Below, one piece after another: positions 48,999 to 62,906 of a DNA stretch of 64,000 nt. The notes under the pieces were generated by a model. The model was not told the DNA's origin and did no database searches. It worked only from the letters and a program-made list of their open reading frames with translations. The position numbers were made by a program, and so were the translations under genes. The first letter of the stretch is position 1. The number at the start of each line of letters is the position of its first letter. Source of the stretch: an uncultured Candidatus Poseidoniales archaeon (GTDB lineage: Archaea; Thermoplasmatota; Poseidoniia; Poseidoniales; Thalassarchaeaceae). The stretch lies in NCBI GenBank assembly GCA_902573115.1, contig CACGIM010000001.1:46396-110395 (forward strand). Direction: 5' to 3'.

Positions 48999-51900
48999 AT
49001 GCGAGCGCAAGCAAGGCCATCGGCAAGGGCGCTCGCACTGGTCCTACTCATGCTGGCTAGCACCCAACTGCTACTACTAACCTCTCGGGACTATGCCCCA
49101 ACGGAGCTCGAGCCGGAGGCCAAGAGGTTCGACGTCGACAACTCACAGGTCTCCGTGATCGATCTTGGCTCGGACCATAGCTGCGCCATCGGGACCGTCG
49201 GCCAGATGAAGTGCTGGGGAGATGGGACCAATGGAAAGACCGGTCACGAGAACACGGATGACTACGGTGACGAGGAAGAAGAGATGGGGCAGTACCTGAT
49301 GTTCACCGACGGAGGCAGTGGACTCACCTTCACCTCCGTAGCAGCGGGAAACGACTTCACTTGCGGACTGATGAGCGACGCCTCCGTAAAATGCTGGGGC
49401 AGCAACGAGTTCCTAGGGGCGGGGGTAGGCTCTCCCGGCTCGGGAGCACTAGGAGACGGCTACCTCGAGATGGGCGCAGGCTTGCAAGCAGTCAACCTCG
49501 GGACTTGGAATGCAACGTCCATCGCCGCGGGCGGCACTCATGCATGTGCGATTGTAAACAACAGCTCTGCGGACTCATTGGCCTGCTGGGGCGACAACGA
49601 CTTCGGGGAGCTGGGGGTCGGAACCACGATCATCCAGTTAGGAACCAACGAGATCCCTCACGTCGACCTTCCCGACAGGGGGGCTGGGATCGCCCAAATA
49701 GACCTGGGGAGCAGGCACTCCTGCATCCTCTGGAGCGATGGGGAAATCGGCTGCTGGGGAAGCAACGCATTCGGTCAGCTGGGCATAGGGAGCACGGAGG
49801 ACATAGGGGATGAGCCAGGGGAGATGGGTGCCAGCATGACGCTAGTGGCCCTCCCATCCGGCAGAACTGCCTCGCAGATCTCCCTGGGCCACAACACCAC
49901 ATGCGCCGTACTCGACAACGGCGACCTGTCATGCTGGGGGATGGGTTCCTACGGCATGCTAGGGTCCGAGGGGACTTCCCATCTCGGGGACGCGGCGAAC
50001 GAGGTCGGCGACAACCTGCACGTACTGGAGCTGGGCATAGGATACACCGTGGATGACGTCTCCGTCGGACAGAACCATGCATGCGCGATACTCGACGACG
50101 GGGATGAATTATCCGCTGATGTCATGAAATGCTGGGGATCGGGTTTCGGAGGGGCTCTAGGCTCGGAAAACCAGCAAAACCTAGGGGACAGCCAATTCCA
50201 GATGGGTGACTTGCTACCATATGTCGACTTGGGGTCCGACATACAACCAACTTCCGTGGAGGCGGGCGATTCTTTCACCTGCGCCATCATGAACAACACC
50301 AAGGTGAAGTGCTGGGGTTCCGGTCTGGACGGGAGGACTGGTCAGGGAGTCAGCGGGAACTACGGTGATCTGCCTGGTGACATGGGGGACAATCTGGCAT
50401 ACGTGGAGCTGTACCTCCCTGAGGAGACACTGGATCAGCCGTGTGACAAACCAGCCGAGGGCTCCCCCCTTACACTCTCCACCATAGACTCTAGCAGCCC
50501 CCAGACCGGGAACAAGACATCCACGGCCCTAACCCCCGAATCATGCGGGGCGATCGCGTACTTCGACGAGACCAACGAGCTCCTGAAGTTCGGGATATTC
50601 ACCAACGGCAGATGGAGCACAGAGGTCGTTAGGGACTACGACTCCATCTGGAACTACCTCCACGACGTTTCAATCGCGATCGGCAGCGATGGGTCGCCTC
50701 ACATCGTCTCATCCGGGAGTGTGAACTCAAATAGCGGTCAAGCGCACTACTACACCAAGAAGGACGGGGAGTGGACCGCCGCAGAGCAGTATGCCTCTAC
50801 GTCGGGAGTTGGCAGCTCGGGAATCTACGCAGTAAGCATTGAGGTTGACGGTTCCGGTGACATCTACGCTATCGCGCAGAAATCCTACACATCTGGATGG
50901 GGAACGCACTCGAACATAGACGCCTACAGATGCACGGCTGTGGGGCATGCCAACAACAGCTGCACCGATGTAGGGGACGGAGGATTCGACACCAACAACA
51001 ATTACATTGGCAGAATTGTCGAGGGGTCCTGGTCTGCCTCACTGGACACGGACGTAGCCTCTGACGGTACCGTTTACGTCGCCTACCTAGGGGATGCCGA
51101 CTCTCTTGGGGAGGAGTCAGGGAGCGTAGAGGTCGTGGAGCTTGACTCAACTGGGTTCGGCACGCCGATGGAGCTGGGTGGCACGTTAAGCAGAACCACT
51201 GCCAACTCTTCTCTTTCCATGGACCTGGGACTCGATGGCTCTTTTCACCTCGCTTACCCAAATCACGGAGGAGGATTGAACTACTCCCTCTGCTCTTCCA
51301 ACTGCGACCTGCCCGCATCCTGGTCGACAGAATACGTCAACCAGTCCGTTGCCATATCCGACACCGGCGTGATTGACATCTCGGTTGGGCCTGACATGTC
51401 GGTCGTAATTCTAGCCGGAGAGTCGGGGGCTACCTCCGTACTCCACAAGACTGATGGCAGCTGGGAGAAGACCGATCTAGAGACCTCTGGGGGGGCAGAC
51501 TGGGCAGGGATAGAGATCAGCGACCAGGGTATGATGTGGGCTTACGTATACTTCCCGAATACGGGTTCGTCTCTCAGCCTCTACAAGCAGGAGGGGATGA
51601 CCTCTCCCGGACTCGGGTCGGACATAGACGGCGACGGTTGGAGCAGAGTTGACGAGCTGCGGTGCGGCACCGACTACGCCAACTCATCAAGCACCCCTGC
51701 GGACTCAGACGGCGATGGCGAGTGCGACCTCTACGACGGTTGGGAGGACACATCGATATCAGGGGAGTCCGACTCACTAAGCCTAGGGGAGGCCTTCGGT
51801 TGCGTGGTCCTTTCCAACAGCTCGGTCGCCTGCTGGGGCGACAACTCCGAGGGCCAACTCGGTAACAGTGAGGCAGGAGCGTACAGCGACCATGCGGTGA

Positions 51901-54900
51901 CGGTTGACCTCCCCGCGGGATTCCAGGCAGGAGGGGTCTCGACAGGGACATCCCACGCCTGCTCCAAGGGCCTGGACGGGACCCTCGTCTGCTGGGGGAG
52001 GAACACGGAGGGCCAGCTGGGTCGCGGGACTGCATCACCATCGGGAGCCCCCGCTCATGTCACACTGCCCACCGGGGTAATCGTCAACGAGATTTCCGTG
52101 GGACAGAACCACAACTGCTTCACGGGAACGGACTCACAGCTCTATTGCTGGGGGAACGGCAGCGACGACAGGACTGGTGACATAGGGAACCCAGCAGTCC
52201 CCCGGTACCAGTACGAGAACTTCACGGACAACTCGAGGTCGTGGACTTCCAGCAGTACCTCCATGATCAAGGGGCCCGGGGAAGGTATTGACTACGTAAA
52301 GTACCATCTAGCATATAATTGGGGCCCTTACACACTGACCTCTGACAGCTCGTTCGAAGTCTACCCTGGTGACGTTGTGTCCTTCAGAATGAGGGCCAAG
52401 TACCACGGAAACAATGGGCATACGAGTGAATACGTGAGGATATACGCAGGCGGGCAGCTTCTCAAGCAGATAGACAGCAACGCTACTACCTCGGGGAGTG
52501 CCTTCTCGGAGTGGCAGACCTTGTCCTTACCCGTACCGGACAGCTACACAGGAGGTGGAGCCGTCCCGATCCAGATACACATCCGCGGCTACTACCAAGA
52601 GGTCCACATCGATGATCTGAAAGTCAGCGGCCACCAGAGGGGAGGTCATGAGTCGGTCCTGGAACCCAGCGTGGCCTTCATGCAGGATTCAGGCGCTGTC
52701 TCGCAAATCTCACTAGGGGCAAGGCACTCTTGCGCCATGCTTTCCCCTGGAGGCATCCGCTGCTGGGGTTTCAACGGTGGCGCCTACGAAAGGATACTGG
52801 GGGACCCAACCTTCACCGGCCAGAGCACGTACACCCCCAGAAATGTCAACCTTTCCGGCTATGGAAGCCTAGTCTCTACAGAGTGGGGAGGGGGCACTGC
52901 GGATTCCGTAGTCGCAGGGGATGGAGTCTCATGCGCAATGATGCGCGACGGGCGGTCCCTCTGCTGGGGGTCATCCACCACCACGGAGTACCTGTCACCG
53001 GAAGTGACGACGGTCGACTCCGACGGTGACGTGGGCAGGAGCCCAACGATACTACAAGATGCGTCAGGGAACTGGAGGATAGCCTACAACGACGGCAACG
53101 GGATTTCCTACTCATCATACGATGGGTCCAGCTGGTCCACCACCGTTGTCTGCTCATACACTGAAGTCTGTGACAGCACGAACGGCCTGGGTGCAGCGAT
53201 CTCTGATGACGGGGGTCTGGAGTTCGCTAGCTACGACTCATCATCCCAGAGTCTGGTCCACACGAGTAAGCCGACCTCAGTTTCCACAACCATGCCAATA
53301 CCCGACGTCAACACCAACTTTTACAGCATCGAAAGAAACTCGAGCTCCGGCGACCTGCACCTCACATACTACAGGGACACAGGCAGCAACTCACAAAGGG
53401 ACCTCATGTACACGTCCTTCAACGGAAGCGACTGGTCTGACCCGGAAGTCGTAGATGGAGGTGTTGGGACAGGAAACTCGAACAAGTGGAAGACAGGACA
53501 GTCATTGAACGGCCTCAAGATGGACTCCGAGGGAGGGCTTCACCTGTCCTACTGGGACTGGTACGACCATGGATCGGACCAAGCACACCTGAAGTACGCT
53601 TACTACGATGGCTCGGCATGGTCCATACAGACCCTACAGTCAATCATCGGCAAAAACAACCCCATCAGGCACACATCACTGGCTATCGACGGCAACGCAA
53701 GGCCGCACATCGCCTACTACGATGCAAAGAACATGACTCTGAGGTACACATACTACAATGGTGCTACGTGGGTAGATCAGAATCTGACCGAGGATGACTC
53801 GAACGACAACGGCAGGTACGCCTCTATAGCTCTGGACAGCAGTGACAACCCCCGAATAGCCTTCAGGAACGAGAGCTCGGATGACTTGGAGATAGTTTCC
53901 TGGGACGGGTCGTCCTGGTCCAGGGAGACGGTCACAAGCACGAACAACGTGGGAAGCTGGGCATCAATAGCCATAGACGATAATGACAACACCAAGATCG
54001 CCTACGTCTACGACTCCGGGGCCGACATCATGTACGCCTCGCACGATGGTGCCCAATGGTCCATCGAAGCGGTCGACACCACTGGATCTTCCAACAGGGT
54101 GGCACTTGAGCTGGACAGCGCCGGAAGACCGGTAATAGCTTACTCCCGAGGGACCACGGCTATGCTGGCGTACAATGACAGCGGAATGGGAGACGTTTGG
54201 GAAACAATAGAGCTCCACTCGGGTTATGACGTTGGTGACAACATCGCATTAACGCTGGACAAAACAAACAGGACCGGATTCGTCGCATACAGGCAGACCT
54301 CCTACCCTGCGACCAGGGCACTTCTGTCTATTGTGGAAACCGGCAACACTTACTCCTCAACTGGATACTCATCAGTCGGCTCCCTATCCAATGCCGTCAA
54401 CATTGGCCCGAAACCGGTCTTCGATGGAGGCGTCTTGCTTGCCCCGTACATGAACGGGGGGTCGGGCATGACCTTGGAGATTGCGACCTTCCACACCCCA
54501 GGGACCTCGTTGGGGGAGATCGACGAATCAGGCGGCTCGCAGGGGTTATCGATGGCCCTGGACTCCAATGGCGACCAGCACGTGGCCTACTACGACCTCA
54601 CAACATCTGGCCTGACCTATGCCGTCAACAGAGGAGGTTCGTGGCAAGCGACCATGGTGGATGATCACTCGGGCACCACGGGGTACTATCCCTCCATCGC
54701 AGTGGATGGTGACGGGCTGCCCCATATAGCGTACGTGAATGTCTCGACCTATCCCCGAACCGTGATGTACGCCCACTACAATGGGACTTCTTGGGACCTA
54801 CAGGCCATTGATGACCCGTATAACGCATACCACCCATCAATAGCGGTCGACGCAGGGGGCTCTGCACACATAGCATACTCCGTCCACAACAACTCGGCGA

Positions 54901-57900
54901 CGACCTCCTACAACCTGCGGTACTCGTACCACAATGGGACTGCATGGGTCTACGAAGACATAAAGGACTACAGGGATTCCAACTGGGCCTCGAGTTCATA
55001 CTACAGGACCGGTTACAGCAATCAGATCAGGCTCAACAGCACCGAAGTACCCCACGTGGTATTCTACGAGGACTTCTACGACGACGTCTACATCTCGGTT
55101 AGGGAGAACGGCACTTGGTCATCCTCCCAGGTCGATGACAACGGCGGCTACTACAGCGGAGCCCACCGGGGGGCCTCACTGGCCATAGACTCGGTCGATG
55201 GGCTTCATGTTGCGTTCTACGGCTGGGACTACTACGCTCTTGAGTACGCATACAAGGGCCCCGGGGATTCCTCATGGACAAAGACGGTCGTGCACGACCA
55301 GGGCAACCACCTGATTGGATACTCGACCTCCATAGCGGTGGACAGCAGCAACAGACCGCACATAGCCTACTTGGATGGCGGAAACTACGACTTGGAATAC
55401 TCATACCTCACAAGCTCTAACCAATGGATCACCCGGACTACCGTGACTCCCGCCACCACCGGTTACTACCCCTCGATTGCAGTCGGTGATAACGGGGATG
55501 TGTTCTTCGCTTACCACGACGCCTCATACTCGGACTTGGACTTCGCAGTCATACGTACCGGCGCACCGACGACCGAGACCGTCGCCGCCCTAGGGTCCCA
55601 TACCTACGGCCTCGGATTCTCGGTAGACTCAGGAGGGAGCCCACACCTAAGCACCTACAACGGGTCCGACTCCGCTGGCAGCCTGCAGTACGTCACAAAA
55701 TCCGGTGAGGCATGGTCCGTGCAGACCGTCGACCAAAGCTCCACCATGACCGGGCTTCACTCCGATATCGACCTTGACTCGGAGGGTAACCCACACATCT
55801 CGTACGTGGATGGGACCAACGGCGTGCTGCGCTACGCCCACCACGACGGAGCCTCTTGGTCGACCTCCACCGTCGATGCCAGTGGTGTTGTTGTCGGATA
55901 CACATCAATAGTCGTCGACCTGGATGGCTACCCCCGGATATCATACAACGACGGCAGCCTGAAGCTGGCAGTATGGAATGGCTCCTCTTGGGAGCTGACC
56001 AGCCAGGATGCTGGTTCGGTCGTAGGAAGCGATATCCTGGTAGCCAGAGACGGGATAACCAGGATAGGATACTTCGGCGATGCCGCCTCCGATCTAGAGT
56101 TCGCTCTAGCCGGTCACGACTCCCCCCTGGTGATGGGCAACTCCGTGGGCGCTCAAGGGATCAGCAGCGCTGGTACATCTCTGAACGGCAACTCGACAGG
56201 GATAGCTTCGTTGAGCCTGGGCGAGACCCACGGTTGCGCAGTCATCTCCTCCGTTGTGAAGTGCTGGGGCAAGGATGACGGGACAGGGAACCTCGGAAGG
56301 GATGGCGGGGCCAACAACGCATTCCCGGCTTCCGTCTACGACGCGTTCACCACAGGCTGGACCCCGTTGGAGGTGTCCGTGTCAAAGAGCTCGGGCACTA
56401 CCGGAGGATTCTCCTGCGCAATATACCAGGAGGACGCGACGGAGGACAAGAAGATACTCTGCTGGGGGGATGCCAGCCGAGGGCAGTTGGGGACTCTCTC
56501 GACATCCAGCATTAAGCGGCCCAACACCGCCATTCCGGTCAACTGGGCCTCTGGACAGGGGCACGTGGGGTCACCCGCAGAATCCGCCAGCCTAGCGATC
56601 GGCCCTCACAATGTGGCAGAGGTCTCGATACCAGTCAACGGCCGCTTCGGATGCGCTCGGTCCAACCTCGGCCATGTCAAGTGCTGGGGGTACAACCACC
56701 GTGGGCAGCTCGGACATGGAAACTCCTCGACCGCATCGGACGGGCCCAATGAGATGGGCGGAAATCTGGCATTCGTGGCCCTCGGAGCGAACAGGACCGC
56801 CACCCGGGTGACGACCGGGGTCGAGCACGCCTGCGCCCTCCTGGACAACGGTAGCGTGAAGTGCTGGGGGAGCAATGCCCTCGGAGCAACTGGAGTGGGC
56901 ACCGGTATCGGGTACACGGGGGACTCTCCGAACGAGATGGGAGACAACCTCCCGACCATCGACCTAGGGTCCGGGAGGACCGTCACCGAAATCACCTCTG
57001 GTAGTTACCACAACTGCGCCATCCTCGATGACGGGAGCGTGAAGTGCTGGGGGAGCAACGCTCACGGGAGAACAGGCATCGACAACGGGACCGGATCCAA
57101 GGGGGACGAGCCAAACGAGATGGGGGACTTCCTCCCAACCGTCGACCTGGGGACTGGAAGGACCGCGATCGCAATCAGCGCAGGCAATATGCACACTTGT
57201 GCCATACTCGACAGCGGCGTCCTGAAGTGCTGGGGGCTAAACTCGAACGGGCAGTTGGGACAGGAGCACGCCTACCCAATCGGAGACGGATACTCAGGCT
57301 CAGACGACTTCCAGTGCCACCCCACCCTCAACGAACCCACGGATCGAGAGTGCCTAGCTAGGATGGGCGACGACCTTCCCGGAATAGACCTCGGGGACGA
57401 CAGGACCGCAATCTCGGTCTCAGCGGGATACACCCACACCTGTGCCATACTGGACAACGGGAGCGTCAAATGCTGGGGCTTCAACGGATATGGGGCGACT
57501 GGCCTTGGAATTACCTCCCTTTCCAGCGGCGACGAAGACGGTGAGATGGGCGAGAGCCTCGCTACGGTAGACCTGGGTGAAGGCAAGACGGCGGCATCGG
57601 TAAGCAGCGGTAACGGCCACACCTGTGCCCTGATCAACGACCTGCAGGTCGCGTGCTGGGGAAGGAACTCTGAAGGGCAGCTGGGAATAGGGAGCACGGA
57701 GGCAGTCGACTCCGCCGAGGAATTGGGAGCGTCCCTCCAGAGGGCCGATCTGCCGACCACGAAGTCCAGATCTGTCGCTGCTGGGTCTTACTTCACCTGC
57801 GCTGTCATCGACGATGGGACCGTCAGGTGCTGGGGGGAGGACAACGATGGTCGGCTGGGAGTTTACCGAGATGATGACGATAACATTGGGGACAGCAGCG

Positions 57901-60900
57901 ACGAACTAGGGGCATACCTGCCGATCACTGACCTGCAGCTCTCGCCCCCCGATTACGACGGTGACGGTTGGATCGACATCTGGGACACCGACGACGACAA
58001 CGACGGATACACCGACGAAAACGACGACCTGCCGTTCGACGAGCGGGACTGGTTCGACCATGACGGGGACGGGCTGGGAGTTAACGTCGACACGGACGAT
58101 GACGATGCCACGGTCACCACCGCTGAGCAGGACACGGCCGCGAAGTGGTCCGATGCGGAGGAGCTTGCCTGTGGTACACTGTGGTGGAGCAGCATATCAG
58201 AGCCTACGGACTACGACGGGGATGGGATATGCGACGCCCTCGACAACGACGTTGACGGGAACGGGTGGAACAACACATATCAGACCGAGTGCGCGGGAGG
58301 GGAGTCGACGTCATGGACAAACAGAGGGGTATGGGATAGCAGTGGAAGCTGGCCACTGAGCGGCACCGATAGCATCACAGGGGGCTACGACTTCATGCTC
58401 TCCGATCATGGCATCAGGGTCTTCTCAACGAATTACAACGATAACATCTACAATGGGCTGATCAGGTTCGATGGAACTACTGATGGAATATCATCGATCG
58501 GCGCCGGCAACAACAGATACGACTACTGGTCAGTGACCGAACGGAACAACATATTCTACCACACAGACGAGTCTGGTATGATGAGGTATGCCGATAGCAA
58601 CACCAGCACTGGGACATACTCGTCGAACAGGATTGCCCACACCGCAACGACTTCGGTTTCGACTGCGATCAGCTTAGAGGGGGACCTGGTCGCTCGCTGG
58701 TACGAGCAGAGCGGGGGGCCGGCAATAATGGGCTGGTACCTTAACGGGTCCGTGTTCCAGGTAAACGTACCCGATGGTCTGAGCGAGTCATCCAACCATC
58801 ACGGTCAGATCGCCTTCGGGCCCGACGGGCGCCTGCACGTACTGATGGTAAACCTGTCAGCCACCACCATCGGCTTCTACCACTACTACGCAGACCTGGG
58901 TTCCAGCCTATCAGGCAGCTCCACAGTGGAGTGGAGCAGTCCTCTCCTCGTGCTGGAGAGGAACCAGAGCACTGCATGGAGCAGTGGCGCGCAGCACTCG
59001 GCTACCGAGGACCACACGGCCGACCTGCACATGTCCCAAAACGGAACCCTGTACGCTGCCATGTACAACCAGACTGATCTCCACTTCTCGACGTTCGATG
59101 GAACGAGTTGGTCAACGGAGATGGTATCCAGCTCGACCGGTAAGAACGAGGGGGTGACTATAGCGACGAACTCGAGTGGAACGGCTTTCATCGCCTGGAT
59201 TGACCACGATGCCGACAAGCTGATGCTTTCCCACAAAGAAGGATCCGGGTGGGTGCACGAGGAGGTGTGGCAGAGCAACGGATGGGAGGAGTCCGGAGGG
59301 GTCCCAACCCTGAGCTACGCCAGACTCAAGCTGGATTTCGATAGGCAGGATGACGCATATATCATGTCAATCGACGCCAATGACACATCCTCTGCATTGC
59401 TGCATCACAAGGGGAGCATGCTGGACCCATCCTACACCTTCCTGCCAACCGATGCGAACGGGGACGGAGTCTGCGACACGCTCCAGTTTTCAGTAATCGA
59501 CTATGGCACTACATCTGCCACCTACACGCAGTTCGAGGAAGTGAGCCTGACCCCGACCTTCGACGGACGGGACCTTGTGGAGGTTTGGGCCCCATCACTC
59601 CCCTCTGGCCTGTCGATTAACAACACGACCGGCCAGATAACCGGAGCCCCGGACACTGTGGACACGTCGGGCACCACGTACACGATTTACTCCAACAGCA
59701 GTAGCGCATCCTACCCCTACACCATCACATTCACAATACGGTCGCCGACACCCATGCTAGCTGGCTATGGCAGTTGGAGCGACCACCAGTACGTTAGCAC
59801 CGCCAGTGGTAAGGGGTACACCTTACACGGGTATGACGACGATGGTAACCTGTACTATTACGGGAGGTTCCAGTCATCGACAGCATGGTCAAACGATGGG
59901 GTGGCCGTGAACGCTGGGAGCGGAGATCTGTACGTTGCAAAGAGGTGGGCGAATGGAACATGGGCGTGGACAGTGGGGTGGCCGATGAACGGGGCGACGG
60001 GCCCTGGGGCACTCGCTGTCGATGGCTCTGGGAATACGTACATGGCAGGCTACAGGTCATCCGGAGGACTCGATCTCCCGGGATCCGAGTACGACCTTCC
60101 CAGTAGAGAGGCGGCCTACTTCTTCTCATTGGACACTAACGGGAGCACCAGATGGTCCCAGGACGCCTTCATATCGGGATCGGATGCGAACTGGCACATT
60201 TCCACCCTGGCAAGTACAGGGAACTACGGTTACACTAGGATTAGCCTCAATGAGACCAGCGGAGACCTCACTATCGCAGGCCAACTATCCAGTAACTCCC
60301 TCTCATCGAGGACAGTCTATCTGGGCAACCTCACCATGGAGATACCCAGCACGAACTACAACTACCTCAGGCCGTTCGTGTTCAGGATAAACGGCACCGG
60401 AGACTTCGTCTGGGGAAATACGGTAACGCCAGTCTCAAACTATGCCCGGACCCTCCAGGGGATGGGCGTACACGATGACGGGAGCGTCGACCTGTTGATG
60501 AGGGCTTACGGGGAAACAGTGTTCGGGGAGCACGCATCGGAGGAAGAGAGCTACCACTACGTCATTGGACGTCTGAACGGCACTGGTGCATGGACAGGGG
60601 CCAGTGAGGTCGTTGAGCCAAGCTCGGGTTTCTATGGCCCCCAGGACACCGCGATGATGCAGTTAGCACCCTCGGGTGAATTGATACTAGCAATGTGGTC
60701 CACGGAAGACATAACCAACCTGAGCGTGAATGGGACTGTCGCTTGGTTCAATGAGAGTTGCCAGGACAGCCTGGTGATAATGTCCCTGAACGGTCCCGAT
60801 CGCGCAATAAGCGCTACAAGGGAGTTCTGCCTAAATTCCGGTGCTGCCGCTCACGGAGACTACAACAGCCTTCTGGAGATAGACGGCAACGGCATGCCGA

Positions 60901-62123
60901 TACTATTCCTCGGCACCACGCAAAGCTGGCAAGCTGGCCATCACAGAATTATCAGGTTCGACTCTGATCTCAACCCTGATTTCGAGGAGACCGTAATATG
61001 CAACAACGACCCCACATGCACCAACCTCTTGGACTGGGATGATGTGGCTTTCGACCCATTGGGGAACATGCTTGTTTACCACTATACGTACCATTGCAAC
61101 CTCTACTGGAACGGTAGCTACATGGGGAGGACCAGCAGCTATTGCAATTACCAAAGCCACTTCTTCATGGAGCAGGTGGGGCACACGATCGATGGTGAGA
61201 CCCTGGTCGAGGGCGAGCCTTCGACCCTGTGGGGTGTGATGGGGCTGAGTGCCATGGGTGCGACGTGCACTCAGGGGAGCAGCTATTGCGCCGAGTACCT
61301 AGACTCGTGGGAGTCTACCGGATTACCTGGTGGCCTAGACATAGACCCCAGCACCGGAATCATCTATGGGTCCGCGACCTCAAACCTTTCCGAGTCCTCT
61401 TTCACACTTTGGATGAACGACACGATACTGGGCGGCAACCAGATCAACGTATCCTTCTCCATACTCAACGGTAGGCCAACAGTATCCTACGACCAGACGA
61501 CATTCATACTGGAAAGGGGGCTGGAGATATCACCGATCTCCCCTTCAGTGGCGGAGGGAGTAATCCTCAATTGGACCTTTGTCCCTGAGCTTCCTGCAGG
61601 ACTGAGGCTTGGAGACAGCAACGGGACAATATACGGTACACCAACCGTCAATCTTACTCAGCAGACCTTCCAACTTAGAGTCTCCAGCGAAGGTGGGACA
61701 ACGCTGGTCAACTTCCAGATCACCATAAACGAGCCGATTGCCAACATCTCGTATGGAAACGGAACGTACATCATACCAAGAGACGCGATGGTTGACATCG
61801 CACCTATCATAGATGGGGGGGTGGTAGAGACCTTCGAAATCAACTCGACATCCTTCCCCCTGGGACTCTCCTTCAATACCACCAACGGTCACTTCGAGGG
61901 CGTTCCACTACTAGTGACCAACCAGACCACTTACACGGTCTGGGCCAACAACTCTGGGGGGAGCACAAGCACGGAGGTCACGTTATGGATTGTAGGCAAT
62001 GGCATTTTCCTAACCTTCCCTACTTCTGACCTCTACCTTACCAATGGGGTAGCCATGCAACCCATAGCCGGACAGACGTCGGGCTCAACCCCCGAAAGCT
62101 GGGAGATATATCCTGACCTCCCA
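48999..62123 (+). CDS. Giant secreted/anchored beta-propeller protein (>4,370 aa): 21 RCC1-type blades, >=17 PHIAY-type blades, TSP3 loops, SBBP-like and putative-Ig modules; 3' end interrupted
   Basis: ATG 48999 gives the signal-anchor MRAQARPSARALALVLLMLASTQLLLLTS. CWG(x)N..GQLG blades lie at ~49150-50415 (7), 51775-52980 (5) and 56200-57935 (9). A repeated ..YPSIAVD..G.PHIAY.. array spans ~53000-56100. DYDGDGWIDIWDTDDDNDGY loops lie at ~57950-58260. W.I.P.LP.GL....TG.I.GTP modules lie at ~59580-62120. The ORF continues in frame to 62906, but homology switches at 62124. Confidence 0.85.
53000..56100 (+). repeat. Protein-level tandem array of >=17 blade-like units (~40-70 aa)
   Basis: Recurrent pattern (G)xYxSIA(V/L)DxxGxP(H/R)IA(Y/F)xDxxxxxLxYAxxxGxxWxxxxV. 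Examples: ARPHIAYYD, DNPRIAFRN, GLPHIAYVN, NRPHIAYLD, GNPHISYVD, GYPRISYND. Confidence 0.75.
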
Positions 62124-62906
62124 CTTGATCCATTTGCTACAGGCCTACTCACCCTTCTTTGCGGAAGATCCACCAAGATAACCTCCGAAGTACTAAGAAA
62201 ACCAAAGAGCTACATTTCCGTCATAAGATTCCGAGAACCGATAGAACCTGCTGAATTATCTCATATAGTGAAGAAACTATCTGGTGAAATCTACAACGTA
62301 CCCCCAAAGGAATCAGCGGTTAAAGTCCAAGTAAGAACCAGGAGGATTACGGGATCGGAACTAATAGAATCGGATGAAGGCCATAGAATACACCTATTTT
62401 CAATGGATTGCGAAGCTGGCACTTATGTTAGGACCTTCGTTAAGGATTTAGGCCTAATGGCTGGGAATAAATGTGAATTATTGGAGTTACATAGGTCAAG
62501 GAGTGGAAATTTGAAGGATTCTGTCGCATGCACAATGCAACAGCTGGCCGATGCGGTATTCATGTGGAGGGAACATGACGACCCTAGGGGCCTAACAAAG
62601 CTAATTTCCCCCGTTGAGGTAGTTTTGAAAGATCTTCCAAACATCGTAATCAAGGATGGTGCCGTGTCAGCACTATCCCATGGTGCCCCTCTTGCAAGGC
62701 CAGGCCTAGTCTCGGCTTCTAAAGGTGTAAAACAAGGCTCATCCGTGTTAATTTCAAGTTTAAAAGGGGAGGCGGTAGCTATCGGAGAGATTTCAACCGA
62801 TTCAGATAAAATAGAAGGAATGAAGTCTGGACAAATAGCAACCGCTTCTAATGTAATTATGAGGCCAGGATCATATCCCCAGACGTGGTCCAAAGAACAA
62901 AATTGA
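62124..62906 (+). pseudogene. cbf5: 5'-truncated Cbf5/TruB-family pseudouridine synthase (catalytic-Asp motif to PUA domain) fused in frame to the giant ORF
   Basis: LDPFATGLLTLLCGRSTK (the TruB/Cbf5 catalytic GxLDPxxxGxL motif minus its first residues). Followed by EIYNVPPKESAVK, MDCEAGTYVRTFVKDLG, ELHRSRSG and the PUA region LPNIVIKDGAVSALSHGAPLARPG...PGSYPQTW. The N-terminal ~60-80 aa of a normal Cbf5 and any start codon are absent. Confidence 0.75.
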
